From a virus, in the IMG/VR virus record IMGVR_UViG_3300031951_000017, positions 99,929 to 163,928 of that record: DNA of 64,000 nucleotides; one strand, 5' to 3'. The position numbers were made by a program, and so were the translations under genes. The notes beneath the pieces are model-generated. The model saw only the letters and a list, made by a program, of their open reading frames with translations. It did not search any database and was not told where the DNA came from. The stretch's first letter is position 1; each line of letters starts with the position of its first letter. Shown in pieces: positions 38,579 to 47,442 of this stretch.

Positions 38579-39184
38579 TTATTTTGTGACTATAAACCAT
38601 TGTAAAATACTTGGTATATTACTATGTATAATTCTTTCCACGTTTTCTATGGTAACTTTTTTATTTTCTTTTTCTAGTGTTTTAATTGCTCCAGTAATAA
38701 TAGCATCTTTAACATCATCAGCCATTTCTAAAACCTCATCACAAATTTCACTTGAAACTCTATGGTATTCAAAATCAATTTCCATACGACTTTGTCCCAT
38801 AACTAAATATTTGGTTGCCTGAAGCATATTAGTGACACCGCATTGTCTTAATTTTTCTAAAAATTCTACTAATAGCGCTAAGTTAGTATTACGTAAAAAA
38901 CCACCTCGTTTTTTAATTAATTCAGCCATTGACTCAGCTTTACCTTCTTGGATGTTGTTATCTCCTTTTTCAACTAATATCCACTTATCAGCGTCTGACA
39001 ATAAGTCTAATTTTGAACCATTTTCCCAATCTACTTGGTAATGGGTGTTACCCATAACATCGTTTGACCCTGTTACAACACCTTTTAGCCCAGGCTTTAA
39101 ACTTTCTCCTTCCATATACCAAAGCATGATTTTATCACCTTTACTTAACGGAGCGTTAACATTTCTTTTATCTATTTTACTCAT
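38579..39184 (-). CDS. DUF4314-like domain fused to DUF5049-like domain
   Basis: GDKI.L..M.....PG.KG.V......VDWENGS.L.L...D.W then LR..GVTNM. Confidence 0.55.
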   Translation of the reverse strand: MSKIDKRNVNAPLSKGDKIMLWYMEGESLKPGLKGVVTGSNDVMGNTHYQVDWENGSKLDLLSDADKWILVEKGDNNIQEGKAESMAELIKKRGGFLRNTNLALLVEFLEKLRQCGVTNMLQATKYLVMGQSRMEIDFEYHRVSSEICDEVLEMADDVKDAIITGAIKTLEKENKKVTIENVERIIHSNIPSILQWFIVTK

Positions 39185-39217
39185 AATAATAAATATTAAT
39201 TACTATTTATAAGTATT

Positions 39218-39838
39218 ATGGAAATTATTATTACCGAGAATCAAAAAAAATTATTACTTTTGTCCGAATCTATGGAAAAAGTAGGTGATATAATTAAACA
39301 TATGTCAAACGTAGGTATTGATGCAATTAAAAAGGCAAACGAAAATTTTAAATTTGATTTAAAGATTTTATTAACCTTCAGTGCTGCAATTGGTGGAGTT
39401 TTTGGACCATTAAGTGAGTTTGTGTCTGGGTCATTCCCCCATTTGTCTGAAGAAAATATTCTATTAATAACTTTAGCCGTTGTTATGGTTATAGTGACTG
39501 AACATACAGGAAATGTTAAAAAGTTATTATTAGAGATTAAAAATAGAAATCTACAAAAAGAATTTAATAAAACACTAGAGATAGGAACAGATTTAAGAAA
39601 TTCTTTTTTAGATTTTGTTAATAGTTTAAATTTAACATTTTCTAAAGTAACCATTATGATGAGTTACGCTTTTCTAATTCCTATTTTAGATATTCTTCTA
39701 GATTTGTCAAAAGAAAATTCAACTGAAAGTATTAAAGAGATAGCATATCGGATGGGACTTTCTTTAGGAACTCACTTTTCGGCCATATTCATAAAAGAAA
39801 TTGTCACTAAAATAATAGAAAGATTTAAAAAAGATTAA
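39218..39838 (+). CDS. Leader-bearing membrane protein
   Basis: MEIIITENQKKLL leader; several hydrophobic helices; TATTTAT box 7 nt upstream. Confidence 0.7.
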   Translation: MEIIITENQKKLLLLSESMEKVGDIIKHMSNVGIDAIKKANENFKFDLKILLTFSAAIGGVFGPLSEFVSGSFPHLSEENILLITLAVVMVIVTEHTGNVKKLLLEIKNRNLQKEFNKTLEIGTDLRNSFLDFVNSLNLTFSKVTIMMSYAFLIPILDILLDLSKENSTESIKEIAYRMGLSLGTHFSAIFIKEIVTKIIERFKKD

Positions 39839-40218
39839 TAGTATCTTCTTTTGAAACTTTCTAAAAGTGATTTACAATTAATAGACGAGACATAAATTTT
39901 ATCCTCAGTAAACTCACTTGTTATTTTAAAAATGTCTTGGGCTAAATTTAATGTCATACTAACATATTCTTTATCAGTAATTCCTTCTTTTCCGGAAGAA
40001 CAAAATTTAATAATATGTGGTTTGTAACTAGGGTTTGTTAAAATTTCATCGATAATAATATCAACCTTAATTATGTTTTTTTCTTCCCCATAAATCTTTT
40101 TAGTGGTTGGGTTAACATACTTAACCACATAGTTAATCTTAACTTTAGAGTCTTTGTCCTCAGTTAACATACCAATCCAAGACATTGGTTTATCGATTAA
40201 AATTTCATCAAAATTCAT
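39835..40218 (-). CDS. Hypothetical protein
   Basis: Start MNFDE at 40218, 4 nt after a TATTTAT box. Confidence 0.6.
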   Translation of the reverse strand: MNFDEILIDKPMSWIGMLTEDKDSKVKINYVVKYVNPTTKKIYGEEKNIIKVDIIIDEILTNPSYKPHIIKFCSSGKEGITDKEYVSMTLNLAQDIFKITSEFTEDKIYVSSINCKSLLESFKRRYY

Positions 40219-40233
40219 ACTCATAAATATTAT

Positions 40234-40267
40234 AAAAAAATAAAAGACCTAATTTCTTAGGTCTTTT
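40234..40267 (-). terminator. Intrinsic terminator (GAAA tetraloop on minus strand)
   Basis: AAAAGACCTAA-tttc-TTAGGTCTTTT plus U-tract on minus strand. Confidence 0.82.
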
Positions 40268-40369
40268 GGTGTTATATATATGTAATACCCTACAAGTAGG
40301 GTGGGGGTATATGATAAATATACCCAATTTTAAAAAAAATACTTCTGAAAGTCCAATAAATCGAACTTT

Positions 40370-41203
40370 TTATTTAAGTAAATTGTAGTATTCTTTAAAA
40401 TGTTTGATACGGTCTGCTAATCCAATGGTTCCGCCATTAACTCTTTTAGTTACAGCTGTAATTGTTGCATCATCGGCACCTTTATCACAAATAGACCAAA
40501 GTTTATTTGAGTCAAAGAAAAACGCTGCAGACGCTAATGGATATTTGGTGGCAACTAAATCAGGATTTGACACAGTATCTTCACCAATAAACTTAGCAAA
40601 ATTTGTATAATTTTGTTTGCCTGTCAATTGGATGTAACCTCTACCACGAAATTTGAATCCTTCACCTGTTGATTCATCACCATTACCCATTCTTCCACCA
40701 TAAACTTTTGAAGCTATTTTTTGTGGATTTCTAGCATAACTTTCAGCTAAATTACCAGGGAAATATTTTGGGAATATCTTTTTAAGTCCATCTGCAGAAT
40801 AGTTTAAATTCTCCTGAACTGCTTTGAATCCGCCTGATTCGTGACCACATTGTGCTAAAAAGTGCGCCAATCTTAATGGATTAGTAATATTAAATTTCTT
40901 AGCGGTGTCAGGAATTTGTGATATTACCGCGTCAGGAATGTGACCTTTTAAATTTTGTAGTTTAAATTCTGAACTTGTAGGAATAACAACATCCTCAGTC
41001 ACTACTTGTGTTGGAGGAGTATTACTCTCAAGTCTTGCCATTGTTGCTGGACCTACAATACCATCAGCTTGTAATCCGTGTTTAGTTTGCCATTCTTTTA
41101 CGGCTTTTTCAGTCCCAGGACCAAAAACACCATCAGCGTTTAATCCCAATCTTTGTTGTAAGTTTTTAACTTCGTCACCTCTTGAACCAATTTTTAAAAT
41201 CAT
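40370..41203 (-). CDS. Endolysin: PG-binding domain + GH19 catalytic domain
   Basis: LKIGSRG.EVK.LQ..LGL.ADGVFG..TE.AVKEWQ; LAHFLAQCGHESG, FRGRGYIQLTGK.NY, VTKRVNGG..GL.DR. Confidence 0.93.
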   Translation of the reverse strand: MILKIGSRGDEVKNLQQRLGLNADGVFGPGTEKAVKEWQTKHGLQADGIVGPATMARLESNTPPTQVVTEDVVIPTSSEFKLQNLKGHIPDAVISQIPDTAKKFNITNPLRLAHFLAQCGHESGGFKAVQENLNYSADGLKKIFPKYFPGNLAESYARNPQKIASKVYGGRMGNGDESTGEGFKFRGRGYIQLTGKQNYTNFAKFIGEDTVSNPDLVATKYPLASAAFFFDSNKLWSICDKGADDATITAVTKRVNGGTIGLADRIKHFKEYYNLLK

Positions 41204-41254
41204 TTTTGTAAATTTGAAATGTTTATGTATCTTTGCAATAAATATTTTAAAATT

Positions 41255-42274
41255 ATGGAATTATCAGAAAATGAAAAATACATTCAGTCAATCAATAAGA
41301 TACTAGATGTTTCAAACGTTAAATCCAAAAAAATAGATTTTTATTTAAGTGAGATTATCGCTCACTATGACGAACATTTAGTTGATTTCAAACTTCTAGA
41401 ACGTGGTGTTAGAAAGGTATTACTTAAAAAAGGAAATAAGAAAAAAAACTTCGAGTCTTTTTTTTGTAACATATGGGAGTCACTAGAAAAACGAAAGTTT
41501 GATGACGACACCGATGATATTGACGTTGACGAACCATCTATTCTTCCAAAGAAAATATATAGAAGAGAATTGTTTTTATTACAAGTTGAACTTCTTAAAC
41601 TTCAGGAATGGTTAAAAAGTACAGGTAAAACAGTTAGTATTGTTTTTGAGGGTAGGGACTCGGCTGGGAAGGGTTCAACAATAAAAAAATTCATAGAGAA
41701 CATGAACCCTAGATATTACAATACTATTGCTTTGGGTATCCCTACCGAGGATGAACGAAAGTTTTGGTGGGATAGATATCGTTCAAAGATACATAGGGCC
41801 AAAATCAATTTGTTTGATAGGAGTTGGTATAACCGGGGGTTGGTCGAACCTGTGATGGGTTATGGTACCGAACAAGAATATAATGACTTTATGAACAATG
41901 TTAATGATTTTGAAAAGTCATTAGTTAATAACGGAGACTATTTATTTAAACTTTGGTTTTCAATTGATAAGGATACTCAAAAAAATAGATTTAGTGTTAG
42001 GAAAAAATCTCCGTTAAAATATTGGAAGTATTCTGTAAATGACGAAAAAATGCAGGATAAATGGGAAGAATTTACAAAATATAAAGAAAAGTTATTTGAC
42101 CAAACATCTACGTCTGAACACCCTTGGGTAATCTTGGATTCAAATGATAAAAAGATTTCTGGATTAAATGCTATTAGGTACGTTCTTCAAAATATACCAT
42201 ATGGTAATAAAAATGAAGAGATTTTAAATCGAGAATTTCCTGAGGCTGTTTTAGTATTGGGCCCTAAAAATTGA
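41255..42274 (+). CDS. ppk2: Polyphosphate kinase 2 with N-terminal extension
   Basis: LQVELLKLQ.W, FEGRDSAGKGSTIK, FDRSWYNR..VE.VMG, PLKYWK.S..D; TATCTTTG promoter 41228-41235. Confidence 0.93.
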   Translation: MELSENEKYIQSINKILDVSNVKSKKIDFYLSEIIAHYDEHLVDFKLLERGVRKVLLKKGNKKKNFESFFCNIWESLEKRKFDDDTDDIDVDEPSILPKKIYRRELFLLQVELLKLQEWLKSTGKTVSIVFEGRDSAGKGSTIKKFIENMNPRYYNTIALGIPTEDERKFWWDRYRSKIHRAKINLFDRSWYNRGLVEPVMGYGTEQEYNDFMNNVNDFEKSLVNNGDYLFKLWFSIDKDTQKNRFSVRKKSPLKYWKYSVNDEKMQDKWEEFTKYKEKLFDQTSTSEHPWVILDSNDKKISGLNAIRYVLQNIPYGNKNEEILNREFPEAVLVLGPKN

Positions 42275-43042
42275 TTAGGCTAAGTTATCCATTATACCCT
42301 CAATCTTATTAGCACTTCTAGCAACCGCACTTTCTTTTCTAGAATCTATAGCTAAGTCCCTTAATTCTTCCCTAGATGTTACACCATCTTTGACTGCTTT
42401 ATTAATTTTTTCGGCAAATTTTTTAAAAAATCCAGGACCATTCCAACTAGCATATATAAAATGGAATAATAATGGGTTGTCTGAATTTACAATTTGTCTA
42501 GCTCCGTCAGTTAAATATTTTTCTGATAAACTAGTGTAATGAGGTTTCATAATTTTAACAACTAAGTCTCTTAATTGATTTTCTAATTCACCACCCCTAT
42601 AACCATGTTTCCAAACATCCTTTGTTTTGTTTTTATCAATTATCGACCAAAACTCAACACCCGCTGGTGAAGTATTTAAATTACCACCATGTTTCCTATC
42701 AATACCAAACATAGTTTCTCCTGACCTACCCATAGCTCTTTTATAATGCCATTCAGGATTATAATATCCCCCTTCTATTTTATTAATGACCAATTTAGTC
42801 ATCTCATCAAAATTTCCTTGTGTTGTTGGTGAAATGTCTACACCTAATTCATTTTTATTTTTAGTATTAGGTTTAATTTTGTCATTATTTTTAACATTGA
42901 AGATGTTTTTACTGATGTCGTCAGCATTTATTTCTTTACCCATCATTAAACCTACGATGTCTTTTGCCAAATCTTCGTTCATAGGTAATTTAGATATTTC
43001 TCTAATTCGATTAATTTCTGATAAAATTTTTTTTTGATTCAT
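42275..43042 (-). CDS. Leader-bearing GH108-like (EGGY) lysozyme-family protein
   Basis: IEGGYYNP...GETMFGID; start MNQKKILSEINRIREI at 43042. Confidence 0.7.
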   Translation of the reverse strand: MNQKKILSEINRIREISKLPMNEDLAKDIVGLMMGKEINADDISKNIFNVKNNDKIKPNTKNKNELGVDISPTTQGNFDEMTKLVINKIEGGYYNPEWHYKRAMGRSGETMFGIDRKHGGNLNTSPAGVEFWSIIDKNKTKDVWKHGYRGGELENQLRDLVVKIMKPHYTSLSEKYLTDGARQIVNSDNPLLFHFIYASWNGPGFFKKFAEKINKAVKDGVTSREELRDLAIDSRKESAVARSANKIEGIMDNLA

Positions 43043-43056
43043 AATAAATGTATATC

Positions 43057-43070
43057 TATAAATATTTATA
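43057..43070. promoter_or_regulatory. Palindromic bidirectional phage promoter TATAAATATTTATA
   Basis: Two back-to-back TATTTAT boxes between divergent genes; identical 14-mer at 48421-48434. Confidence 0.65.
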
Positions 43071-43084
43071 TAAAAATAGTTTTT

Positions 43085-43702
43085 ATGAATATCAAACAAT
43101 TATTGAAGGAAGAATTAGAAAATTTTTCGTCAAGTATGAAATTAGTGACTGAAACTTATGTTTCTGATAACTTAAAATATCATTTAGAAAATAACATTCC
43201 TCTTAGTAAATCAATATTTAGAAGTGGCTCAAACGCTTATTTAGATTTAGTGAATGAGGTTAGGGAATTACATAATGTTGGTTTCATTGACTTAAATAAA
43301 AAAGATAAATGGATTATTGAAAGTAATATTGGAGAAACTATTATTTTAGAAAATGGTAAAGAGGTTTCATTAGATTTACCTATTATTGAGGGTACACTAA
43401 ATGAGGCTGAGTATAAAGGTAGAAAAGTTCAGGTTGGAAAACCAATGAGAAATTCAGGTGGTGGTAAAAAATATGTTGTATATGTTAAAAATCCATCAAC
43501 AGGTAAAATTAAAAAGATTTCTTTTGGGGATGTTTCAGGAGGTTTAACTGCTAAAGTATCAAATCCTAAAGCTCGTAAAGCATTTGCATCAAGACATCAA
43601 TGTGATAAAAAGAAGGATAGAATGACCGCAGGTTATTGGGCTTGTAGAATCAATCGTTATGGACACTTGTGGGGTGGTAAAACATATCCAGGTTATTGGT
43701 AA
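43085..43702 (+). CDS. Phage protein with basic C-terminal domain (DUF6321-like)
   Basis: LNE|AEYKGRKV..GKP...KKY.VYVKNP.TG.IKKISFGD...RKAFASRHQC...AGYWAC. Confidence 0.7.
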   Translation: MNIKQLLKEELENFSSSMKLVTETYVSDNLKYHLENNIPLSKSIFRSGSNAYLDLVNEVRELHNVGFIDLNKKDKWIIESNIGETIILENGKEVSLDLPIIEGTLNEAEYKGRKVQVGKPMRNSGGGKKYVVYVKNPSTGKIKKISFGDVSGGLTAKVSNPKARKAFASRHQCDKKKDRMTAGYWACRINRYGHLWGGKTYPGYW

Positions 43703-43703
43703 T

Positions 43704-43997
43704 ATGAACGAACTTCCATTTATTCAAGAAAACATATCAGATACAATTAAAATCAGAACATTTACAGAAGATACTGATTCAGGTGAACTTATGTGGCATA
43801 GGGACAGAGAAAACCGATTAGTTGAGATTTTGGAGAGTAATGGGTGGAAATACCAATCTGATAATAACTTACCCATAGAAATGAAAAAAGGGGATAAAAT
43901 CTTTATCCCCAAAGGTTTATATCATAGAGTAATTAAAGGTAGTGGTGACTTAATAATACAGGTTGAGTTTAACCCGCCATCATCCTACCAATCATAG
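43704..43997 (+). CDS. Cupin-fold protein
   Basis: WHRDRE...GDKIFIPKGLYHRVIKG. Confidence 0.8.
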   Translation: MNELPFIQENISDTIKIRTFTEDTDSGELMWHRDRENRLVEILESNGWKYQSDNNLPIEMKKGDKIFIPKGLYHRVIKGSGDLIIQVEFNPPSSYQS

Positions 43998-44901
43998 CAT
44001 TTCTATTAATGTTTATTGTTGGTTCAGGTATAGGTAATTCTAAATCTAAATTAATATCTCTTACTCTTTGAGTTACTTCAATTTCTGGTGACAATTTTTC
44101 ACCATATTCAAATCTCAACATATATAATGCTTCTTTATTAATTTGTTCTTCAGACATTAAGTCGTGATTTGATTTATTTTTCAAAATTTCAGACCTAACA
44201 ATATCCAAAATACTATATGGTAATCCTGTATCTAATGAATCAATTCTATTATCTTGCATGTTCCAAAAGGTGGATGAATATTCTGAATAATCTCTATGAG
44301 CCGCAACTTTCAATCCTGTCATTTTATTTATACAATAAATCAATGCTCCACTTTTTGAATACCTTCCAAAATAACTTGGTTCGTGTTCTGAAGTCGTACA
44401 CCATTTGGTTGAACTTCCGTATTTCATAGATGACAGATGAGTTAGTGGACGTAAAACCAACCATTCTTTATCTTCATAAATCTTGATAATTTCTTTTTCA
44501 AGTTCATTACCCATCTTTTTAATTTCAGATAACGAGTTTAGTTTTTCCAAATCATCAAAACTTTTAATTGATGTGTAATCCACCCCATTCATCAAATTTT
44601 GTTTATCATAATTAATGAACGTGTTTAACATTTTAACTTGATTATCATTCAACATATAATCAAGAACTCTAAAAATATATGAAAGTTCAGATTCTGAATA
44701 TTTTTCTAATATGTGATTGATAGAATCACCATAATAATGTTTTAGTTCATCTTTGGACATTTTATTATTACTAAATCTATTTTTAATTAGATTTATAATC
44801 ATTTCCTTATACTTCGCATCGGGAAATATTGAATCAATTATGTCAAATCCACTTAACATTAATACGGGATTGTGTAATTTAAGTTGCTCTTTCTTTGTCA
44901 T
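43969..44901 (-). CDS. Hypothetical protein, KYGxxTxWCT family
   Basis: RPLTHLSSMKYGSSTKWCTTS; paralog of 55576..56442. Confidence 0.75.
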   Translation of the reverse strand: MTKKEQLKLHNPVLMLSGFDIIDSIFPDAKYKEMIINLIKNRFSNNKMSKDELKHYYGDSINHILEKYSESELSYIFRVLDYMLNDNQVKMLNTFINYDKQNLMNGVDYTSIKSFDDLEKLNSLSEIKKMGNELEKEIIKIYEDKEWLVLRPLTHLSSMKYGSSTKWCTTSEHEPSYFGRYSKSGALIYCINKMTGLKVAAHRDYSEYSSTFWNMQDNRIDSLDTGLPYSILDIVRSEILKNKSNHDLMSEEQINKEALYMLRFEYGEKLSPEIEVTQRVRDINLDLELPIPEPTININRNAMIGRMMAG

Positions 44902-44903
44902 AC

Positions 44904-45035
44904 TCAAAATATATTATAAAAAAATTTAATTATCCAACTAACTAGAAATAAAAGAAAAATGGACAAAACTGCAACAAACACTGATATTATTATCAGTCCT
45001 ACAATTTTTGTCCATTTATTAATAACCCATTTCAT
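44904..45035 (-). CDS. Small membrane protein (43 aa)
   Basis: Not in track; MKWVINKWTKIVGLIIISVFVAVLSIFLLFLVSWIIKFFYNIF*. Confidence 0.55.
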   Translation of the reverse strand: MKWVINKWTKIVGLIIISVFVAVLSIFLLFLVSWIIKFFYNIF

Positions 45036-45072
45036 CCATAAAATATTATGGACAAAATGTTATATTGTCAAA

Positions 45073-45882
45073 TTATTGTTGTGATAATTGAATTGCTCTT
45101 ACCATTCTTGTAACACCAATTCCGCCACCAAATCTTGGTATAAATGAGTGAGCCAAAAACTCATCTAATTCTTTGTTAACTCTTTCTTTACCAAATAGTT
45201 CATATAACTTATTAGCGTAACCACCTTCAGAAATTGTATTGAAAAAGTTTCTCATCTCCGTTGGGTTTGTTGACCGTTCTGCTGAACCAATTGTCTCTTG
45301 TCCCATTAAAATAATATCAATCTTACTGAATAATTTGTCACCAGCATATTTCATATTCCAAAATGGTGAAGTTCTTTCAGGGAACATCGTGATTGCGACT
45401 GATTTACCCAAACCTGTTGTCATTTTTTCTTCGTGTTCGGCAGTCAAGATATCAACCCCGTATTTCCTACATAAATCGTCATAGGTTAGCACAATTGGTA
45501 CGGGTAGTCCCATGTATTGGACGAGTTCAATTTCAAGGTCTAATAGGTCTTGTAATGTTCCTTTTGCCTCAAACTCAAACATTGGGAAAATTTTCTCATG
45601 CCTCCCTTCAATTGGGTTAGGTTCATTTCGGTATGAGGTGGAGATGCAGAATACCCCAGGCCAACTTGGATTTTTAAGTAATTCATATTCTAACCACATT
45701 TGACCTGTCTGTGGTAATGGCCAAACAACATTATCATAAGTAAATGTTGATACTGTGTGTGGGTCCTCACACGCGGCCAAAATGGATAATCTAGATTGTA
45801 CTGGAACTTCAATAAAACCCTTCTTCAAGAAAAATGTTCGTAGTTTCTGAACTACATTGTGATAATTAATTGTGTCTTTCAT
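45073..45882 (-). CDS. Class IIb aminoacyl-tRNA synthetase catalytic-core-only protein (Asp/Asn/Lys type)
   Basis: Motif 1 LRTFF..KGFIEVP, motif 2 YRNE....RH..IF.M.EFE, ETIGSAER, motif 3 PRFGGGIGVTR; no anticodon-binding domain. Confidence 0.85.
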   Translation of the reverse strand: MKDTINYHNVVQKLRTFFLKKGFIEVPVQSRLSILAACEDPHTVSTFTYDNVVWPLPQTGQMWLEYELLKNPSWPGVFCISTSYRNEPNPIEGRHEKIFPMFEFEAKGTLQDLLDLEIELVQYMGLPVPIVLTYDDLCRKYGVDILTAEHEEKMTTGLGKSVAITMFPERTSPFWNMKYAGDKLFSKIDIILMGQETIGSAERSTNPTEMRNFFNTISEGGYANKLYELFGKERVNKELDEFLAHSFIPRFGGGIGVTRMVRAIQLSQQ

Positions 45883-45918
45883 TTTTTATTTATTTGTGTT
45901 TATTTGTATTTTAAGGAC

Positions 45919-45949
45919 AAAAAAAAATCACCTAAAAGGTGATTTCTTT
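45919..45949 (-). terminator. Intrinsic terminator
   Basis: AAATCACCT-aaa-AGGTGATTT with U-run on minus strand. Confidence 0.75.
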
Positions 45950-45970
45950 CATAGATATTTTATTAAGTAA

Positions 45971-46294
45971 TTATTTTTGTTCATCTATTATTATTTCTTC
46001 AGATTCATTACCTGATTTGTTTATTTCAGCTTCCGCTAATTGGTTCTTAGCCGAAGTGAAGTTTTTAACACCCAAAAGACCTGCGCCAATTCCTGTAAAG
46101 ATAACAGATTGGTCTATAATGTCAATACTTTTATCAATGAACATTACATTTATTACCCCCATAATAAAAGAAAGTCCACCAATAAAGACAATATAAATTC
46201 CAGCAGTCGATGTTGCCGAAGTTTTACCATTGGTGTTGGATGTCATTTCACCAAAGGAAAACTTTTTAATGTTTCCAATGAATTTCATAGTCAT
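45971..46294 (-). CDS. Two-TM membrane protein (holin candidate)
   Basis: Two hydrophobic helices and charged C-terminus; 107 aa. Confidence 0.55.
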   Translation of the reverse strand: MTMKFIGNIKKFSFGEMTSNTNGKTSATSTAGIYIVFIGGLSFIMGVINVMFIDKSIDIIDQSVIFTGIGAGLLGVKNFTSAKNQLAEAEINKSGNESEEIIIDEQK

Positions 46295-46309
46295 TAGATT
46301 TTTGGAAAT

Positions 46310-46435
46310 TTATCTACCCTGACCTCTATAAGATTTGGGTTTCTCTTCTTTAGGACCATACTTCTTTTTAAGTTTGCCCGTCTTTTTTGTTCCAAAGGTA
46401 ACTTTACCTTGTTTTGTGTTTGTTGTTTTTGCCAT
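46310..46435 (-). CDS. Small basic protein ending YRGQGR (41 aa)
   Basis: Not in track; MAKTTNTKQGKVTFGTKKTGKLKKKYGPKEEKPKSYRGQGR*. Confidence 0.75.
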   Translation of the reverse strand: MAKTTNTKQGKVTFGTKKTGKLKKKYGPKEEKPKSYRGQGR

Positions 46436-46437
46436 AT

Positions 46438-47436
46438 TTATTCAAATTTAATGTGAACATAATTTCCTCTATTACCCAAACCTTTTAATATGTATGGTGT
46501 TGATTTAAGTTGTGGGATTACCCCGACCAAATCATCGTAAGTGTGTTTTGCTCTTGCTTTTGATAATTGTAGATTTCCAGTTCTATCATCGTTATTACCA
46601 AATACTTCATCGTATTCAGTAATCTCTTTCCACTTACCATTGTTACAATCATTATCCTTACAACCTGCAGGCATTCTAGATGTTGACGCTTCAATAGTTA
46701 CACGATTAATTTGTCCACCTTTCTTAATGAACTCATTAATTGAGTTAAGAAACGACGCTCTTTTAAGATTCTTGGGTCTACTTATATTCTCTTCAAAAAA
46801 TTCACCTATATTGTAAGTCTTAGGTAATTTTAAGTTATTCTTAGAAATACCAAAATCTTCTAGGTTTAATTCCATTCCAGTCTCAGCAATCTTTAATTTA
46901 ATACCATAAGATTTTTTACCTTCAAAATATGATTCTTGGTAAATAATTTTATTATTTGGTCTTGCAGATATTGGTTCCATATCTTCATCAGAAGGTTGGT
47001 TGAAATCGGTTGACACCCACATACCTGCGATAACAGGTCTTCTTTTAGTTAACGAATAGAATACGATAGGAATATGGTGACCGATATTAATTTGGTCTTT
47101 CATTTTATCCCCGTAATATACCGCTTTTTTCATTTCGTCTGTTAGTCCAAAATTCAATAAATCTTGAACCTTACTTTCAGGATTTTCAACTTCCTTGGTT
47201 TGTTGTGTCCAAAGAATTGATATTTCATCAGATGATGGGAATTTAACATTCATATTAGGTTTTAATTCTTCGTCACCTTTCTTTTCCGCCAAATACATAT
47301 TTTCACCATCAAAATAAAATATGTGACCATAAAGTGAAAAATACTTTCCTTTTTGACGAGATTCATCTTCTTCTTTGATTACTCTTTTAACGATTTTTTC
47401 AATATCGTTGTAAGTTAGTTTTATTATTTTACTCAT
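46438..47436 (-). CDS. Leader-bearing protein with OmpA-like C-terminal motif
   Basis: IIKLTYNDIEKIVKRVIKE leader; VTIEASTS...NLQLSKARA. Confidence 0.65.
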   Translation of the reverse strand: MSKIIKLTYNDIEKIVKRVIKEEDESRQKGKYFSLYGHIFYFDGENMYLAEKKGDEELKPNMNVKFPSSDEISILWTQQTKEVENPESKVQDLLNFGLTDEMKKAVYYGDKMKDQINIGHHIPIVFYSLTKRRPVIAGMWVSTDFNQPSDEDMEPISARPNNKIIYQESYFEGKKSYGIKLKIAETGMELNLEDFGISKNNLKLPKTYNIGEFFEENISRPKNLKRASFLNSINEFIKKGGQINRVTIEASTSRMPAGCKDNDCNNGKWKEITEYDEVFGNNDDRTGNLQLSKARAKHTYDDLVGVIPQLKSTPYILKGLGNRGNYVHIKFE

Positions 47437-47442
47437 ATTTAT

